The position numbers and the translations under genes are program-made. Below the pieces are notes generated by a model, which saw only the letters and a program-made list of their open reading frames with translations, had not been told where the DNA came from and ran no database searches. DNA of 64,000 nucleotides. Source: Octopus vulgaris. Lineage: Eukaryota. The stretch is from positions 19,592,001 through 19,656,000 of the forward strand of contig OX597814.1 of the NCBI GenBank assembly GCA_951406725.2, in the 5' to 3' direction. Below, one piece after another: positions 1 to 16,517 of the stretch (positions are counted from its first letter, which is position 1; each line of letters begins with the position of its first letter).

Positions 1-533
1 TCCTCGTGTTTCGTTTCTTCGATATTCATTCAGTATTTTTGTGAGAATATGGGTGTTTTTATTATTAGGTTGGCGATGTGCTGATTACGTGTGGGCTGCG
101 TGTAAAAGAGGAATGAACACTCACTAAATATAACCGTAAACATTCTTATTTTGTTGGAGATGCGTTGCAAGATATAATGGCATTCTGGCATATACCGTAT
201 AAGCAAAAACCGAGCGAGTGGTCATGAATTACCTACAGTGAGAGAGGCATCGCGGCACAACGTGTAGGGCGCTGAAACAAAGAAAGAGGGCTAGTAGCTC
301 TAGCTATGGGCAGTTGGAGAGCTAACTGCTCAAGAGGTAAATGAGGAAAAATCCTGTCAGTCGGGCTCCTTGTATGCGTTTCACGACTTCCGTTAAGGGC
401 TGTTGTGCTTTGCGCATGAGTCGTGGATGACAGCTTCGTCCCTTCCGGGCCTTTTATTTTTTGTCTTGGGGTAATCCAAGTAGGCACGACGGGTACGCTA
501 GTTTTATCTGAGAATATTGAATTAATATAGACA

Positions 534-814
534 AAGGCGTTGCTGTGTGGTAAGAAGTTTGCTTTCCAGCTACCGCGTGGCACATTGTGCAAGTGTCTTC
601 TACTATAGCTTCGGGCCGGCTAAAGCCTTGTGAATCCATTTGGTAAAGAGAAACTGAAAGAAGCTCGTCGTATATAAATATGTGTGCGTGTGCGTGTGTA
701 TGTGTGTGTGCGTGCGTACGCGTGTATGTGTACGCATGTGTGTGTGCGTGTCTTCCTGTGTGTGTTTTTCCCATCACCTTTTGACGACCAGTATTTTTGT
801 TTACGTTCCTGTAA
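534..814 (+). mobile_element. Diverged, 3'-truncated copy of the dominant tRNA-derived SINE (family A)
   Basis: gctgtgtggtaagaagtttgct...gcaagtgtcttctactatagc...aaactgaaagaagctcgtcgta, then (TG)n; matches the fuller copies at 4340 and 41305. Confidence 0.8.
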
Positions 815-816
815 CA

Positions 817-819
817 GAC

Positions 820-871
<52 letters not shown>

Positions 872-872
872 G

Positions 873-944
<72 letters not shown>
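817..944. repeat. (GATA)n microsatellite
   Basis: Direct reading. Confidence 0.97.
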
Positions 945-945
<1 letters not shown>

Positions 946-1115
946 GTGGAATTTAAATAAGAATCATCATTATGGTACATATTCGATCGGGCTCTTGTAA
1001 ATACACCGACACCGGTTGGCACGTTTGTGTGTGCGCAGGTGTGTGTGTATGTCCTTGTGTTCAGGCGAGTATACTGCCATTGATGTAGCAACATTTGAAA
1101 TATTGTCCAGGTAAA

Positions 1116-1185
1116 TGCAGCTGATGAAGACTAATCAAATTTACGATGACAAACGTATTTGAAGAGTCCGAAACCTAGGTACTGG
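1116..1185 (+). ncRNA. Type I hammerhead ribozyme motif (PLE/retrozyme-like)
   Basis: cag-CTGATGA(1121-1127)-a-gact..tcaaa..tacg/cgta..tttga..agtc-c-GAAA(1170-1173)-C-ctag-GTA-ctg; stem I cag/ctg, palindromic stem III loop CTAG, GUA site. Confidence 0.7.
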
Positions 1186-1430
1186 ATTATCCGATTCTGG
1201 GTTATCCATTTATATAATGTTCTTCCTGGAGATAAGAAAGCATTTTTTGTTTGCTGCCCTCACACATCTTTGCTAGTATATACACATAGAAGCTTTACTA
1301 TAGTGTCGTAAATGTATTGACTGCTATTTCTAGTAAACATTGGTGCTTTGTTGTACCGCTACTCCATATTCATATATATATATATAAAATTACCTGTTAA
1401 AGGTAGTTTTTCTTGTGATTAAATGTACAC

Positions 1431-1496
<66 letters not shown>

Positions 1497-1870
1497 TAAA
1501 TTATATATTATATTATATTATATTATATTATATTATATTATACTATATTATATTATATTATATTATATTAAATTATATATTATATATTATATATATAGTG
1601 CAAAATTTCGAGGACACCAAGTGATGAATTATACAGCACACACACACACACACACACACACGTCTAATACATGAAGAAAAAATAACAGGAACGGTTTAAC
1701 ATCGAAGACATGGGATTAAAAATTTCTTTCGAATTCCAATTTAAAAGTTATGATTGAAATAGTCAGGCCAGTTTTTGTTCGGTCTATGTTTTTATATAAT
1801 TCAAATGTATATACATCATGCTCATTATTATTATTATCATTATTAGTGTTACTCTTAAGATTTTGTTATC

Positions 1871-1947
<77 letters not shown>

Positions 1948-2410
1948 GGTTTTTGTCGTTATTGTTGTTAATATTATTATTATCATAATATATATGTATA
2001 TATTTTACTTCTTATGATTCGAAATCATTTAATTTCACGCCTTTTCCAAAAAGTTTGTGACACACATTTATTACTTTCTGTAAATCTATGTGGCAGTTGT
2101 AAACGAAATATCTGCAAACATTTGTTTAAAATTGAAAAACGGGTTTTGAAATTTAGAAGCAAATCGAAAGATCTCCAAGAAACCACGAAAAAAACAAAAA
2201 ACTTTAAAAAAAAAAACTAAATGTCGAATGCAGGTAATAAAGAAGAAAGAATAAGTATATAACGGTTGGTATATTCGCGAAAGTTGCTCGTATGTGGAAT
2301 TGGTAGTTTTGAAGTGTGGAATCTCAGACTCACAGACAAAATGTAATTGACGTTAATGGGTTTTATATACGTAGTTACACACACGCACACACACATACAC
2401 ACACACAAGC

Positions 2411-2487
<77 letters not shown>

Positions 2488-2810
2488 TATATATATGTAT
2501 ATATATATATTCAAACTTTAGTTAACTACGTTGTAAATATGTGTGTATGTATGTATGTGTGTATGTGTGGTTTAATGTGTGATATTAATGTATATTTCAA
2601 TAACTTATGAAAAAAAATAAGTATTAAAATGAGATATAATTTAACCAGAAGTGCTCTTAAAATAAATATTTTTCTCATATTTATATTATACACATGTGCA
2701 AGCATACACATGTACACAGCTGCCTCACTATACACTCACTCACACTTACACAACACGAATACATAAGTATTTTCATGTATATATATATATACGTGTGCAT
2801 ACACACACAC

Positions 2811-2851
<41 letters not shown>

Positions 2852-2858
2852 CACACAT

Positions 2859-2890
<32 letters not shown>

Positions 2891-3199
2891 CTACATAATA
2901 TATTTAAACATACATACATGTATACATATCCATCTATTCATACATATATATATATATATATATTCATTTTCATGTTTTCATATTTTGCTATTGATATTTA
3001 TGATGTAAAACTGATTCATAACCAACATCGGTTGACAACGGTGAGTTATGACGTTGTAAAGATTTAAATTTGAAATATACCAACCAGTAAATAGGCATAG
3101 CATTCCAAAAACAAGTTTCAGTGCACACTGCTTTCTTGGCATATATAGATATATATATATATATCAACACTCAACCAACGTTATATGCATGCATATGTG

Positions 3200-3220
3200 C
3201 GTATGTGTTCTCTGTTTATC

Positions 3221-3263
<43 letters not shown>

Positions 3264-3410
3264 TTTTCTTTTATTCCTTTCTGTTGAAGAGCGTAGGCTC
3301 GAAATGTAAAAGACTCTCTCACTTTCCCACTTTCCCGAGCGTCAAACTAATACACTCGCTTGTTGTTTATAGACCTGTCTTCGTCTTTCGTTTTTCTGTA
3401 AATTCCAACT
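3200..3410 (+). mobile_element. Short non-coding element with a CUGUNGA hammerhead-like motif (3277-3312); 3' end abuts (AT)n
   Basis: cttt-CTGTTGA-a-gagc-gtag-gctc-GAAA-tg-ta-aaag; homologous to 22990-23185, 26908-27313, 33134-33328 and 60856-61008. Confidence 0.7.
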
Positions 3411-3446
3411 ATATATATATATATATATATATATACATACATATAT

Positions 3447-3495
<49 letters not shown>

Positions 3496-4120
3496 ATATG
3501 ATATATATATATATGTGTGTGTGTGTATATATATACGTGTGTGTGTGTGTATGTATAAATATATATAGTGGATATATTGGATATTGTATAGTAATTTATT
3601 ACTTTAGTAAAATTCTACATATTTGTGTGCATACTGTTGCCTAAATCGATTCCCCAAACATGCTTTGCTTATTTTAGTGACGCCTGAGAGAAAATTTTAG
3701 TAACTGTTCTTCGTCGCGAACGACAATATGCAATCAGTCATTGGGCAACTACTCGTGAAAGTATCTAAGCGGAGAATTAAGATTTAAACGGATGAGTATT
3801 CTAATGACATTATGTTTTGGTAACGTACATTTTTGAAGACACAATGAGATAAAGACCTTTGAATTGCAGGTGTAAACCATGGAGAAATGGCAACTGAATG
3901 GGACAGAGAAGTCCATGATTTTATTTACCGGGTCCATGATTTTATTTATCGTCCTAGAAAAATTAATGATAAATCTGAATTCGGCAGAATTTGGGCTCAA
4001 AACACAGGTAGCCAATGCAGATACTTCAAGGAAAGTTAATATTCAGCGATCGAGCAATTATGGTAGGAATTAAGTAGGCTGTATAAAAAGGCATATAGAA
4101 TGTTTTTTTTTAATTTTCCA

Positions 4121-4165
<45 letters not shown>

Positions 4166-4339
4166 TTGTCTCTGTCCCCGCTCTCTTCCTCTCCCTATCA
4201 AGAAAATGCATTCATACGTTCTTAAACGCATATATATATACACCTACACAGACGCGCGTCGAGTTGTATGCATGTATGTGTGTATGTATGTATGTATGTA
4301 TGTTTTTGTGTATATATGTATGGTTTTTGTCTATATAAC

Positions 4340-4914
<575 letters not shown>

Positions 4915-5386
4915 ATATGTATGTTCTTTTCTGCTATTAATTATTTGTAGTCTCCCTGTAAAGAAAGAGTTTGTTTCTAACAAAGGTACAAAGCTCCATT
5001 GTATGTAACGAAAATGTCACAATTTTGAAAAGTCTTTCATATTTTTACTTGCAAATTTCCGCTTACATATTGCATTTGTAATGTATGTGTCCTTACGTCG
5101 TCTTAAATAACTTACAGGTGCCGTAGTTCTTATTCCTATCTTATTGGTAAGATATATTTTATGATGCGGTTTGAATAACGCTACGTTGGTAAGTAAAAGA
5201 TGTTACTCACATTTACAACTGAAGAAATAAACTGCATTCAGAATTTGACTGGATGACTCGGAATAATAGTAGAAGAAAACATTCAAAAAGAAATTTTTAA
5301 AATTCCTCTACGCTGTACATCTGATATTGTCAGTTCCATGTCATGTATTGCAAATATGTATGCATGTACGTATATATGTATATATG

Positions 5387-5810
<424 letters not shown>

Positions 5811-5989
5811 CATTACGTTATATATATGTGTGCGTGTGTGTGCCTGTGCGTGTATGTGTGTGTGCACATATACATACATAAATATACACGTAAATACGCA
5901 TAAGATTGTGTGTGGTTCTTGCGGGATGTAGTTCATCCTTCTCCCACGCACATTTCCCAGTTGAAGTCAAACTCTTTCGATCGATTGAG

Positions 5990-6350
5990 TCAACAAGTCA
6001 TGAGAAGTTCCCAACAAGTGACTAACTTGGGCCCTACTTCTACATATATATTTCTTTATTGTCCACAAGGGGCTAAACATAGAGGGGACAAACAAACAGA
6101 TTAAGTCGATTATATCGACCCCAGTGCGTAACTGGTACTTTATTTATCGACCCCGAAAGGATGAAAGGCAAAATCGACCTCGGCGGAATTTGAACTCAGA
6201 ACGTAACGGCAGACGAAATACGGCTACGCATTTCGCCCGGCGTGCTAACGTTTCTGCCAGCTCGCCGCCCTTAAACGACACCACAGATGCCTTCCGACAT
6301 AGCAAAATTCCAATGTTCACAGACGATTCTAAACGTTGGAAAGTTAACAC
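5990..6350 (+). pseudogene. Heavily decayed CR1/L2-type reverse transcriptase remnant split by a SINE
   Basis: Left of the SINE ...TNLGP(fs)LLHIY; right of it LNDTTDAFRHSKIPMFTDDSK, resembling RT motifs QGxxLGPLLFxIYINDL and xFADD. Confidence 0.4.
6050..6270 (-). mobile_element. tRNA-derived SINE family C
   Basis: Reverse complement starts ggcggcgagctggcagaaacgttagcacgccgggcg; B box gagttcaaattcc; central gcctttcatcctttcggggtcgataaa. Confidence 0.88.
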
Positions 6351-6495
6351 TGGTGTAGGTGTCGGAATAAAACTCGTTGTCACGCTGTAATGCAATGGAT
6401 GAGGAGAAAAGCAAACCGACAAAGCAAAACAAGATAAAATTTGTCCGCATCCATTTTGGAAACGAACACTTATAACTATTTCTCTTTTTTTTTAT

Positions 6496-6687
6496 CTTTT
6501 TACTTGTTTCAGTCATTTGACTGCGGCCATGCTGGAGCACCGCCTTTAGTCGAGCAAATCGACCCCGGGACTTATTCTTTTGTAAGCCCAGTACTTATTC
6601 TATCGGTCTCTTTTTGCCGAAACGCTAAGTAACGGGGACATAAACACACCAGCATCGGTTGTCAAGCAATGCTAGGGGGACACACAA

Positions 6688-6718
<31 letters not shown>

Positions 6719-6890
6719 CATATATACGACAGGCTTCTTTCAGTTTCCGTCTACCGAATCCACTCACAATGCATTGGTCGGCCCGGGGCTATAGCAGAAG
6801 ACACTTGCCCAAGATGCCACGCAGTGGGATTGAACCCGGAATCATGTGGTTGGTTAGCAAGCTACTTACCACACAGCCACTCCTGCGCCT
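6496..6890 (-). mobile_element. Full-length SINE family A
   Basis: Reverse complement of the 4340 consensus from end to end. Confidence 0.92.
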
Positions 6891-6934
6891 ATATTCCTTT
6901 TTCTTGTGAGAATCCCTCAAGTTACCTAACTACT

Positions 6935-7120
6935 GTTTCAAATTTTGGCACAAGGCCAGAAATTTCGGGAAACGTGTTAAGCTGATTGCATCGACCCACT
7001 GTGTTCAACTGGTACTTATTTTATCAATGCCGAAATAATGAAAGGTAAAGTCGATCTCGTCGGAATTTGAACTTAGAACGTAAGGACGGACGAAATGCCG
7101 CAGAGAACTTTGCCTGGTGT
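6935..7120 (-). mobile_element. Diverged SINE family C
   Basis: atgaaaggtaaagtcgatctcgtcggaatttgaacttagaacgta matches 6160-6205. Confidence 0.75.
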
Positions 7121-7199
7121 ACTAAAAATACCTAGCAATATCAGAGACATTATATCGATTGTTAGCATGGCTCAAATGCTTGTCACAGAGTGGACTCAG

Positions 7200-7400
7200 C
7201 TATCATTATAAAACATATTTGAAATGAGATCATTCATGAATGGAGTGGAGCAAATGTAATTGCAGAATACTGAAAACACAAGTTCCACTTCATGTCAGAA
7301 ACAACAGGGTTTAGAGACAACAGGTGGACTCATGAAGTTGCCAAATGGTATCCAAGAGATCAGAAAAGGCTATTTTGAAGGCTTCTGTGATGATGGGAAT
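7200..7400 (+). pseudogene. Decayed RTE LINE C-terminal remnant
   Basis: Translates, with stops and frameshifts, NEIIHEWSG..VIAEY..RDNRWTHEVAKWYPRDQKR, paralleling SEIIRKKSG..VIAKY..TDNRWTHAVVEWYSRERKR in the RTE at 63.5 kb. Confidence 0.55.
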
Positions 7401-8035
7401 ATGAGCCAATTAAGCAACTTGGGTCAAGGTTTTAATGGCTAGATGATGGAGACCAACTGGACCAACTGATTAGAATTATCAAGCAAGAATAATAAGACCC
7501 TCTCCAACGAGCACCCACTAAGGTTTTCCGTCGAATCGGGTCTGTAGTTGGAAAACCCAAATCACGTAGATCTAAGTGAGATTAAATAGATAACCATACT
7601 TGCGCCCATCTACAGCTAGTGTTGTGTATCGGCCGTTAAGTACAAGCCCCGAGTAAAACAACTGGCAATTGTCTTAGAATTCATATAAAGTTAGATTTGG
7701 CCCTTAACATAGCGCACATAGGTTGCAAGTTTAGTGTGTTATCCATACACAAATTGATAATACACTAATTCTCTATATTGGCCATAGTTACAGCCTACAC
7801 AAGTACGTTATTAATATTTTCTTTTCTTTTTGTCAGAGTTAGACATAGTCATGTACATTTTTATTAGACCGTAGACATAGTGACCAAAAAGCTGTTGGGT
7901 TTGTATGTTGGCTCTTGGTCAAATCAATCGTTGCTGAAGATGAGAAACGAAACAATATTCGATGGAAGATGGTCCGAATGCGTATCAACGATTATCAACG
8001 AAAATCGTTCGTCAATGGCTCTAATTCTAATTTGA

Positions 8036-11040
<3,005 letters not shown>

Positions 11041-11491
11041 AGTCATACCTTTCGCAATGAAAGAAGGCAACATATTTTGCTCTCTGCTTTTTTTCACTTG
11101 TATTTTCTTATTTATTCTTTTGCTCAATCCTTTATTTATTTATTTATATATTTATTCATTCATTTATTTATTTATTTCTGTTTCTTTATGTTGTATTCAC
11201 ACTCTTTATTCTCTGTCCAGTGTTTTGTCCGTTTTATAATTCGCTTCTAGACGCGGTCATTTCTGTGCCGTCCATTCATTGTGAGTGGTCAGTTTACTAA
11301 GAAGATTAACTCAAGGAACATGTTTACACAGCTTTGACTCGAACCGAAAGTTGCGGAGCGGTCATCTACGATTTGGATCTTTAATTTCTAAGCGGCCTGC
11401 AGAAGAGGAAAGAATGAAAACATGGCGTCAGGGAGCTTTGATAGACAAACGGACAGATAAACACAACAGGGAGAGCGAGAGAGAGAGAGAG

Positions 11492-11537
<46 letters not shown>

Positions 11538-11931
11538 GAGGGAGAAAGAGAAATAAAGAGAATCATTCAATTGAGCCATACCTCCAAAAAGTGTAAAAAA
11601 GTTATAAGCGAAATGACTGCTTTTCACACTGATTCCTAACACCTGCTCATACACCTGGGTACGCTAAAAGCAAATATTTATTAAACTTTCGGCGTCTCTG
11701 CTGTTTTCTAGTTCTGTATAAGTAATACAATCGGGATGAGATATTGAATATTTTACACAGCCAAGCATTTATTGCTGAAACGATAGTAAGATTGCATGAT
11801 GTACATTCCTTTCTCTAGCATCTTCTGAGAAGTAGTTCAAATGGAATGGCCCCCACTGGAGATAGAAGCTTGGTGACCAGAAACTGTTTGCCTAGAAACT
11901 TATTTGTACTCTTTCTCTCTCTTTTCTTTCT

Positions 11932-11980
<49 letters not shown>

Positions 11981-12410
11981 CGCTCGCTCCTTCTCTGCAC
12001 GTATGTGTGTGTGTGTGTGTGTGTTTCTCAGTTACTTTATCTCTCAATCCGTTTCATTCTTTCCCACTCATGGACTACTGATTGTGCTATTACAGTTTTA
12101 ACAATACGCATTAAAACTATAAGCAATGTAGAAGCAAACACATACACACACACACACGCTTTCAACACGAACATACGCTTACAAATATTCACATACAAAG
12201 AGGAAAATTTTTGCCATGCCTAAATACACGTCTTCGAATGTATAAGAGCTCACAAACGAAAAGAATTATCTCATGGTCGATATATTTGCTTAGGGTATTT
12301 GTGATAGCAAAATCACCAACAATTGCAAATGGATAACAGTTTCACGTTCATACCAGGATTTATTTCGCTAAAAAATGACATTTTAGTTTATTTCAAGGAG
12401 ATAGGAGCAG

Positions 12411-12562
12411 AGGCGCAGGAGTGGCTGTGTATTAAGCGGTTTGCTTACCAACTACATGGTTCAGGGTTCAGTCCCACTGCGTGGCATCTTGCACAAGTGT
12501 CTTTTACTATAGCACTGTGAGTGGATTTGCTAGACAGAAACTGAAAGAAGCCTGTCGTATAT
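12411..12562 (+). mobile_element. 5' half of SINE family A
   Basis: aggcgcaggagtggctgtgt...aaactgaaagaagcctgtcgta. Confidence 0.85.
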
Positions 12563-13182
12563 ATATTTTGTACGATTCTCTTTCATTCTTTCTTTCTATC
12601 AGCCCCTTCACACTTCGTTCTTTCCTCTCTTCTTTCTTTCGTTCCTCCTCTCTCATATTTCGTGGCTTTCTCTTCATTCTCACCTCCCTTCCTCTTGCAC
12701 TTCACTCTGTCCCTTTTCTTTTTTTCTCGTACCTCCCTAATTCTTCTATCCCTCTGCCTCTCTTCTTCTCTCCTCTTTCTCCACGTGACCGGTGTTCGGA
12801 CAAGCCTGATCTTCCTTTCTTGGTTCGACTACCATACGTGCAACATCTATATTCCTCCCTATGCCTGTCATCTCTTATGTCCTTGTCGTAAGGCTTCACT
12901 TCCACACATGCCAGCTTAATTTAATTCGTCCTTAGTCGAAAGACTTGTTATGTCCTGTTATGTGCATTTGTATTTGTGCACCATTTCTCCGTTTTCTCCT
13001 TGTTTTCGCATACATTCGCTGCTTTCTTCCAAGGAATCTAATGCACTTAGCTTAGTTTTTCCTTGGGGGCTGACCAGATTGGAGCAATCTCGAGTAAAAC
13101 CAGCCGAAATTGCTATTATGGCGTAGTTGTTAAGAGAGCGCACTACTAACTCCAAGATTCCGAGTTCGATTCCAGGCAGTGA

Positions 13183-13273
<91 letters not shown>

Positions 13274-13274
<1 letters not shown>

Positions 13275-13831
13275 TCAATACCTGTAATCATAGGTGCCCT
13301 GGGAATGATAGCAAAAGGGGCTGATTGCTACCTAACTCAGATCCCAGGAAACCCCAAAATGGCAGAAATTCAAAAGATAGTGCTCATGGGAACTGCTCAT
13401 ATCCTACGCAAAATACTTTCTATGTCAGGGGTGGGCAAACTACGGCCCGCGGGCCGCATGCGCCCCGCCATAGGTTTTCATGCGGCCCGCCGAGAGCTTT
13501 TATGAATCCCAACTTCTATGCAGATACTTCGTAACTGTACGGTAATTCACAATATTTTCACTTGATTTTTATAAATGAGGCCCGCCAAGGTTCCAAAGAC
13601 GCACTGTGCGGCCCGCGATCAAAAAAGTTTGCCCACCCCTGTTCTATGTAATCTCAAGTTATAAAACAAACATAATTTTTTTTTAGACATTCAGTAGTAC
13701 AACACCAAAAAAAAAAAACATATGGCACACTAGGCATAACTACAATGTAAACTTCCAGCCTGTTGTCTCTTGAGGTCTCTGGGTGAGACTTGGAGCCAGC
13801 TTGTACAAATATAAAGCAAAAGTCAAACATA

Positions 13832-13832
<1 letters not shown>
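13274..13832 (+). mobile_element. 5'-truncated Dong/R4-clade non-LTR retrotransposon inserted in (AAT)n
   Basis: IPVIIGALGMIAKGADCYLTQIPGNPKMAEIQKIVLMGTAHILRKILSM* (ATG-TAA restored once the MITE is removed) resembles the C-terminus of the R4/Dong restriction-like endonuclease; (AAT)n on both flanks fits the known Dong TAA-repeat target. Confidence 0.85.
13426..13641. mobile_element. hAT-superfamily MITE, 216 bp
   Basis: 16-bp TIR CAGGGGTGGGCAAACT / AGTTTGCCCACCCCTG; perfect 8-bp TSD TTCTATGT (13418-13425, 13642-13649); repeated subterminal gcggccc motifs. Confidence 0.95.
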
Positions 13833-13912
<80 letters not shown>

Positions 13913-13916
13913 TAAC

Positions 13917-13984
<68 letters not shown>

Positions 13985-14290
13985 CAACAAACTTCGAAAA
14001 ATACCTTAGGAATGAGAACCCAGGTTCGAAATTTCCCCAAGGCACCTGATGAAGGTTGGAGGGTATATCAGTCGAAACGTTGTTTTAACAACAAACAAGA
14101 TGAGGACAAATATCCGTCAAATGTAAATAATGTAAATAATGTAAATAATGTAAATAACGAACATAATTCCTCATCTCTTAAATATAGAACTGTTAGGGGA
14201 ATTAAATTACAATATCCAGAAAACGAAACAGAGTCGCGAACTTGGTTCATCGGAAGAATACTCTTCCTTTAGTGAAAACATATATTTATA

Positions 14291-14347
<57 letters not shown>

Positions 14348-14354
<7 letters not shown>

Positions 14355-14648
14355 TGTTACATTACTCGATAGTCAAGATAAAACTCTGAGTTTCAAATGC
14401 CGAAGTGGGAATCCACAACGCCATCTCTTGGGTTATCTGACTCTTTTCATAGAATAATCTATATAATATGCATCCATATTAAATTCTTCTGTGTGTAAGA
14501 GATGGCGTTGTGGATTCCCACTTCGGCATCTGAAACTCAGAGTTTTATCTTGACTATCGAGTAATGTAACATATTATTTTATAGATAATTTTCCTCTATT
14601 TACATAATATTGAGGCCTCTTTCTTTCTTTTGTTATCTTACCGTTTTA

Positions 14649-14652
<4 letters not shown>
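14348..14652. mobile_element. Foldback element: 82-bp inverted arms (14348-14429, 14497-14578) with decayed hammerhead-like cores; same family as 39012-39275
   Basis: Arms differ at one position; shared aagagatggc..cggcat..gaaactc.gagttttatc; shared tail ending at (TA)n. Confidence 0.8.
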
Positions 14653-14701
<49 letters not shown>

Positions 14702-15034
14702 ATGCATTTGTCTGAATAAGAATTTCATGTATGTATTATAAAGAGAAGCATATGAAATGATGAGTATGTGTCAAAATTTATATATGTGTGTATGCCAAAA
14801 ATAATATATGTGTATCTGCGAATAAGTATGTGAGTGACTGAAAACAACACTCCTTTTTATCATCCTCACTAAATTATCTATAAAAAAATGATTTCGATTA
14901 ACAATAATCAGAGACTCTCTAGTACGCCAAAACGTTGGAATTGAACCTTTGGGTCTTTAGTCGAGCGATCGCCCAAGAAAGCTGCTTCGACTGTCACAGA
15001 TAGACTTCGTAATTCATAGAAATAATTCTACCCT

Positions 15035-15765
15035 TTTACACATTGGCGTCAACCACGGCCTCCAGACGACTTCGGGATCTCCTACAATTCTTCTGGATAG
15101 ACTCCTTGTTTAAGATGATGAATGCTGCCAGAATCCTTGCCTTCAGTTTATTTTTGGTGTTACAAAGAGTGTTGTTGGTCTCTTGTTCAACTGCAGCCCA
15201 CACAATAATTAAGAAGGTTGCCAGGTGTTAGGGGTTATGTGGTCGTAGAAATTGTCTGACAGCCATGACTAGGTTCTCCTTGTGTAGTATGGTGCAGAGA
15301 CCTGTTGCCAGACATAGGGTCTTCTAGCAGCCACCCTCTTGACACACGGCAGCACTACCTCCTCCAGGCACTTGTTTTAAGCCTCCGTATTGAGTGTGAG
15401 GCCATGTGGAAAGATGAATGGAGGCATAACGTTACCATCACTAGTGCTCTCTTCAAACACCATGATGTTGAATGGATATACATTTTTATCACTCTCGATA
15501 CATGTCTTCAAATTGCATTGTCTTCAGATTGACACACAAACACTCTGAAATGATAGTATTGGAGTTTCCGGCGCGAATGCCAAGCAGTACACCATGTTAT
15601 TTCCGAATTTCCGAGCAAGTGAATTGTGTTATGACACTGTTTTTCTCACAGCTGGTGCCCAACTGACCCTACTATGCTGTGTGGTCGACAAAATCAAAAA
15701 CAAACAATGCGCATGCGCGAAGTTTAAAATATAAAATGGTGACAATTTACCCATCCCACAATGTA
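15035..15765 (-). pseudogene. Internally deleted Tc1/mariner-superfamily (maT/DD37D-like) transposon
   Basis: Reverse complement: TIR-like tacattgtgggatgggtaaattgtcacc; N-terminal HGVLLGIRAGNSNTIISECLCVNLKTMQ; catalytic MPPFIFPHGL..EEVVLP..PYVWQQ..; C-terminal WAAVEQETNNTLCNTKNKLKARI..RSRLEAVVDAN. Confidence 0.85.
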
Positions 15766-16517
15766 TGTGTGTGTGTGAATGTATGTATGTATGTATGTAT
15801 GTATGTATGTATATATGTATGTATACATATATATTCGAGTGAGTGAACAAGCAAAAGAACACGTTTGGTTGGAGTTACGCGCTTTCAATAAAAGTTCAAC
15901 CAACAGAAGCCTAAACACCAAGAAGCCATCTTGAATTTACTAAGACTCTCCAATTTCTCCGAACGTCTGATGAGATAAATATGAACTGTGCACCGACGAA
16001 ACTGTAAATCATGTGGAGCTGAGTGAAACTGGTATGTATGTATGGATGGATGGATGAATGGATGGATGGATGGATGGATGGATGGATGGATATGAATATG
16101 AGTAAAAGAACGTTATATACTATACGAGATAAATTCTGAGTTACTGCAACATTTTCGGCTTCGAGAGAAGGGAGGCAAATGTCTCGTGGAAATTGCCCCC
16201 TTTCTTGAATGAGCGTTATAAATACAATTGTTGTCCTTCATTGACGTTCTCCGGCGGTCAAAACTTAGTGGCAAGTGCTTTTATTGCTTTGCGTATTTCA
16301 CATAAATTAAGCAAAAACAAGCTAAGAAAAAAAATGACCAAAAAATATATATTAAGTACAATAGAATATGATGTTTATGGTATGTGTTTGTGTAACAGAC
16401 CTCTACATAGTTTCCATCTCTCAACTCTCACTAACAAGAGAGTGTACTAAAACTTTTCTGAATGCCGCAGATTGGAATAGAACCTGAGCATACAGAATTA
16501 TACAGTGATAAAAATTA

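Larger units (their letters stand above)
13118..14190 (+). mobile_element. tRNA-headed, hammerhead-tailed short element with internal (AAT)n; host of the Dong and MITE insertions
   Basis: A-box-like tggcgtagttgt and B box gagttcgattcc (13118-13173); (AAT)n; then cac-CTGATGA(14046)-a-ggttg..cagtc-GAAA(14074)-cg-tt-gt. Confidence 0.6.

Noticed and set aside
365-436. Minus-strand stem followed by GAAACGCAT, hammerhead-like
   Set aside because: No CUGANGA-like core and no stem I
11806-11880. Possible small exon after ttctctag (HLLRSSSNGMAPTGDRSL)
   Set aside because: Weak donor, no recognisable homology, no partner exons
14120-14160. Regularly spaced 9-bp repeats (aatgtaaat), CRISPR-like at a glance
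   Set aside because: Simple tandem repeat with no spacers; eukaryotic context and no cas genes
15968-16010. CTGATGA...GAAAC
   Set aside because: No credible stem I or stem II pairing
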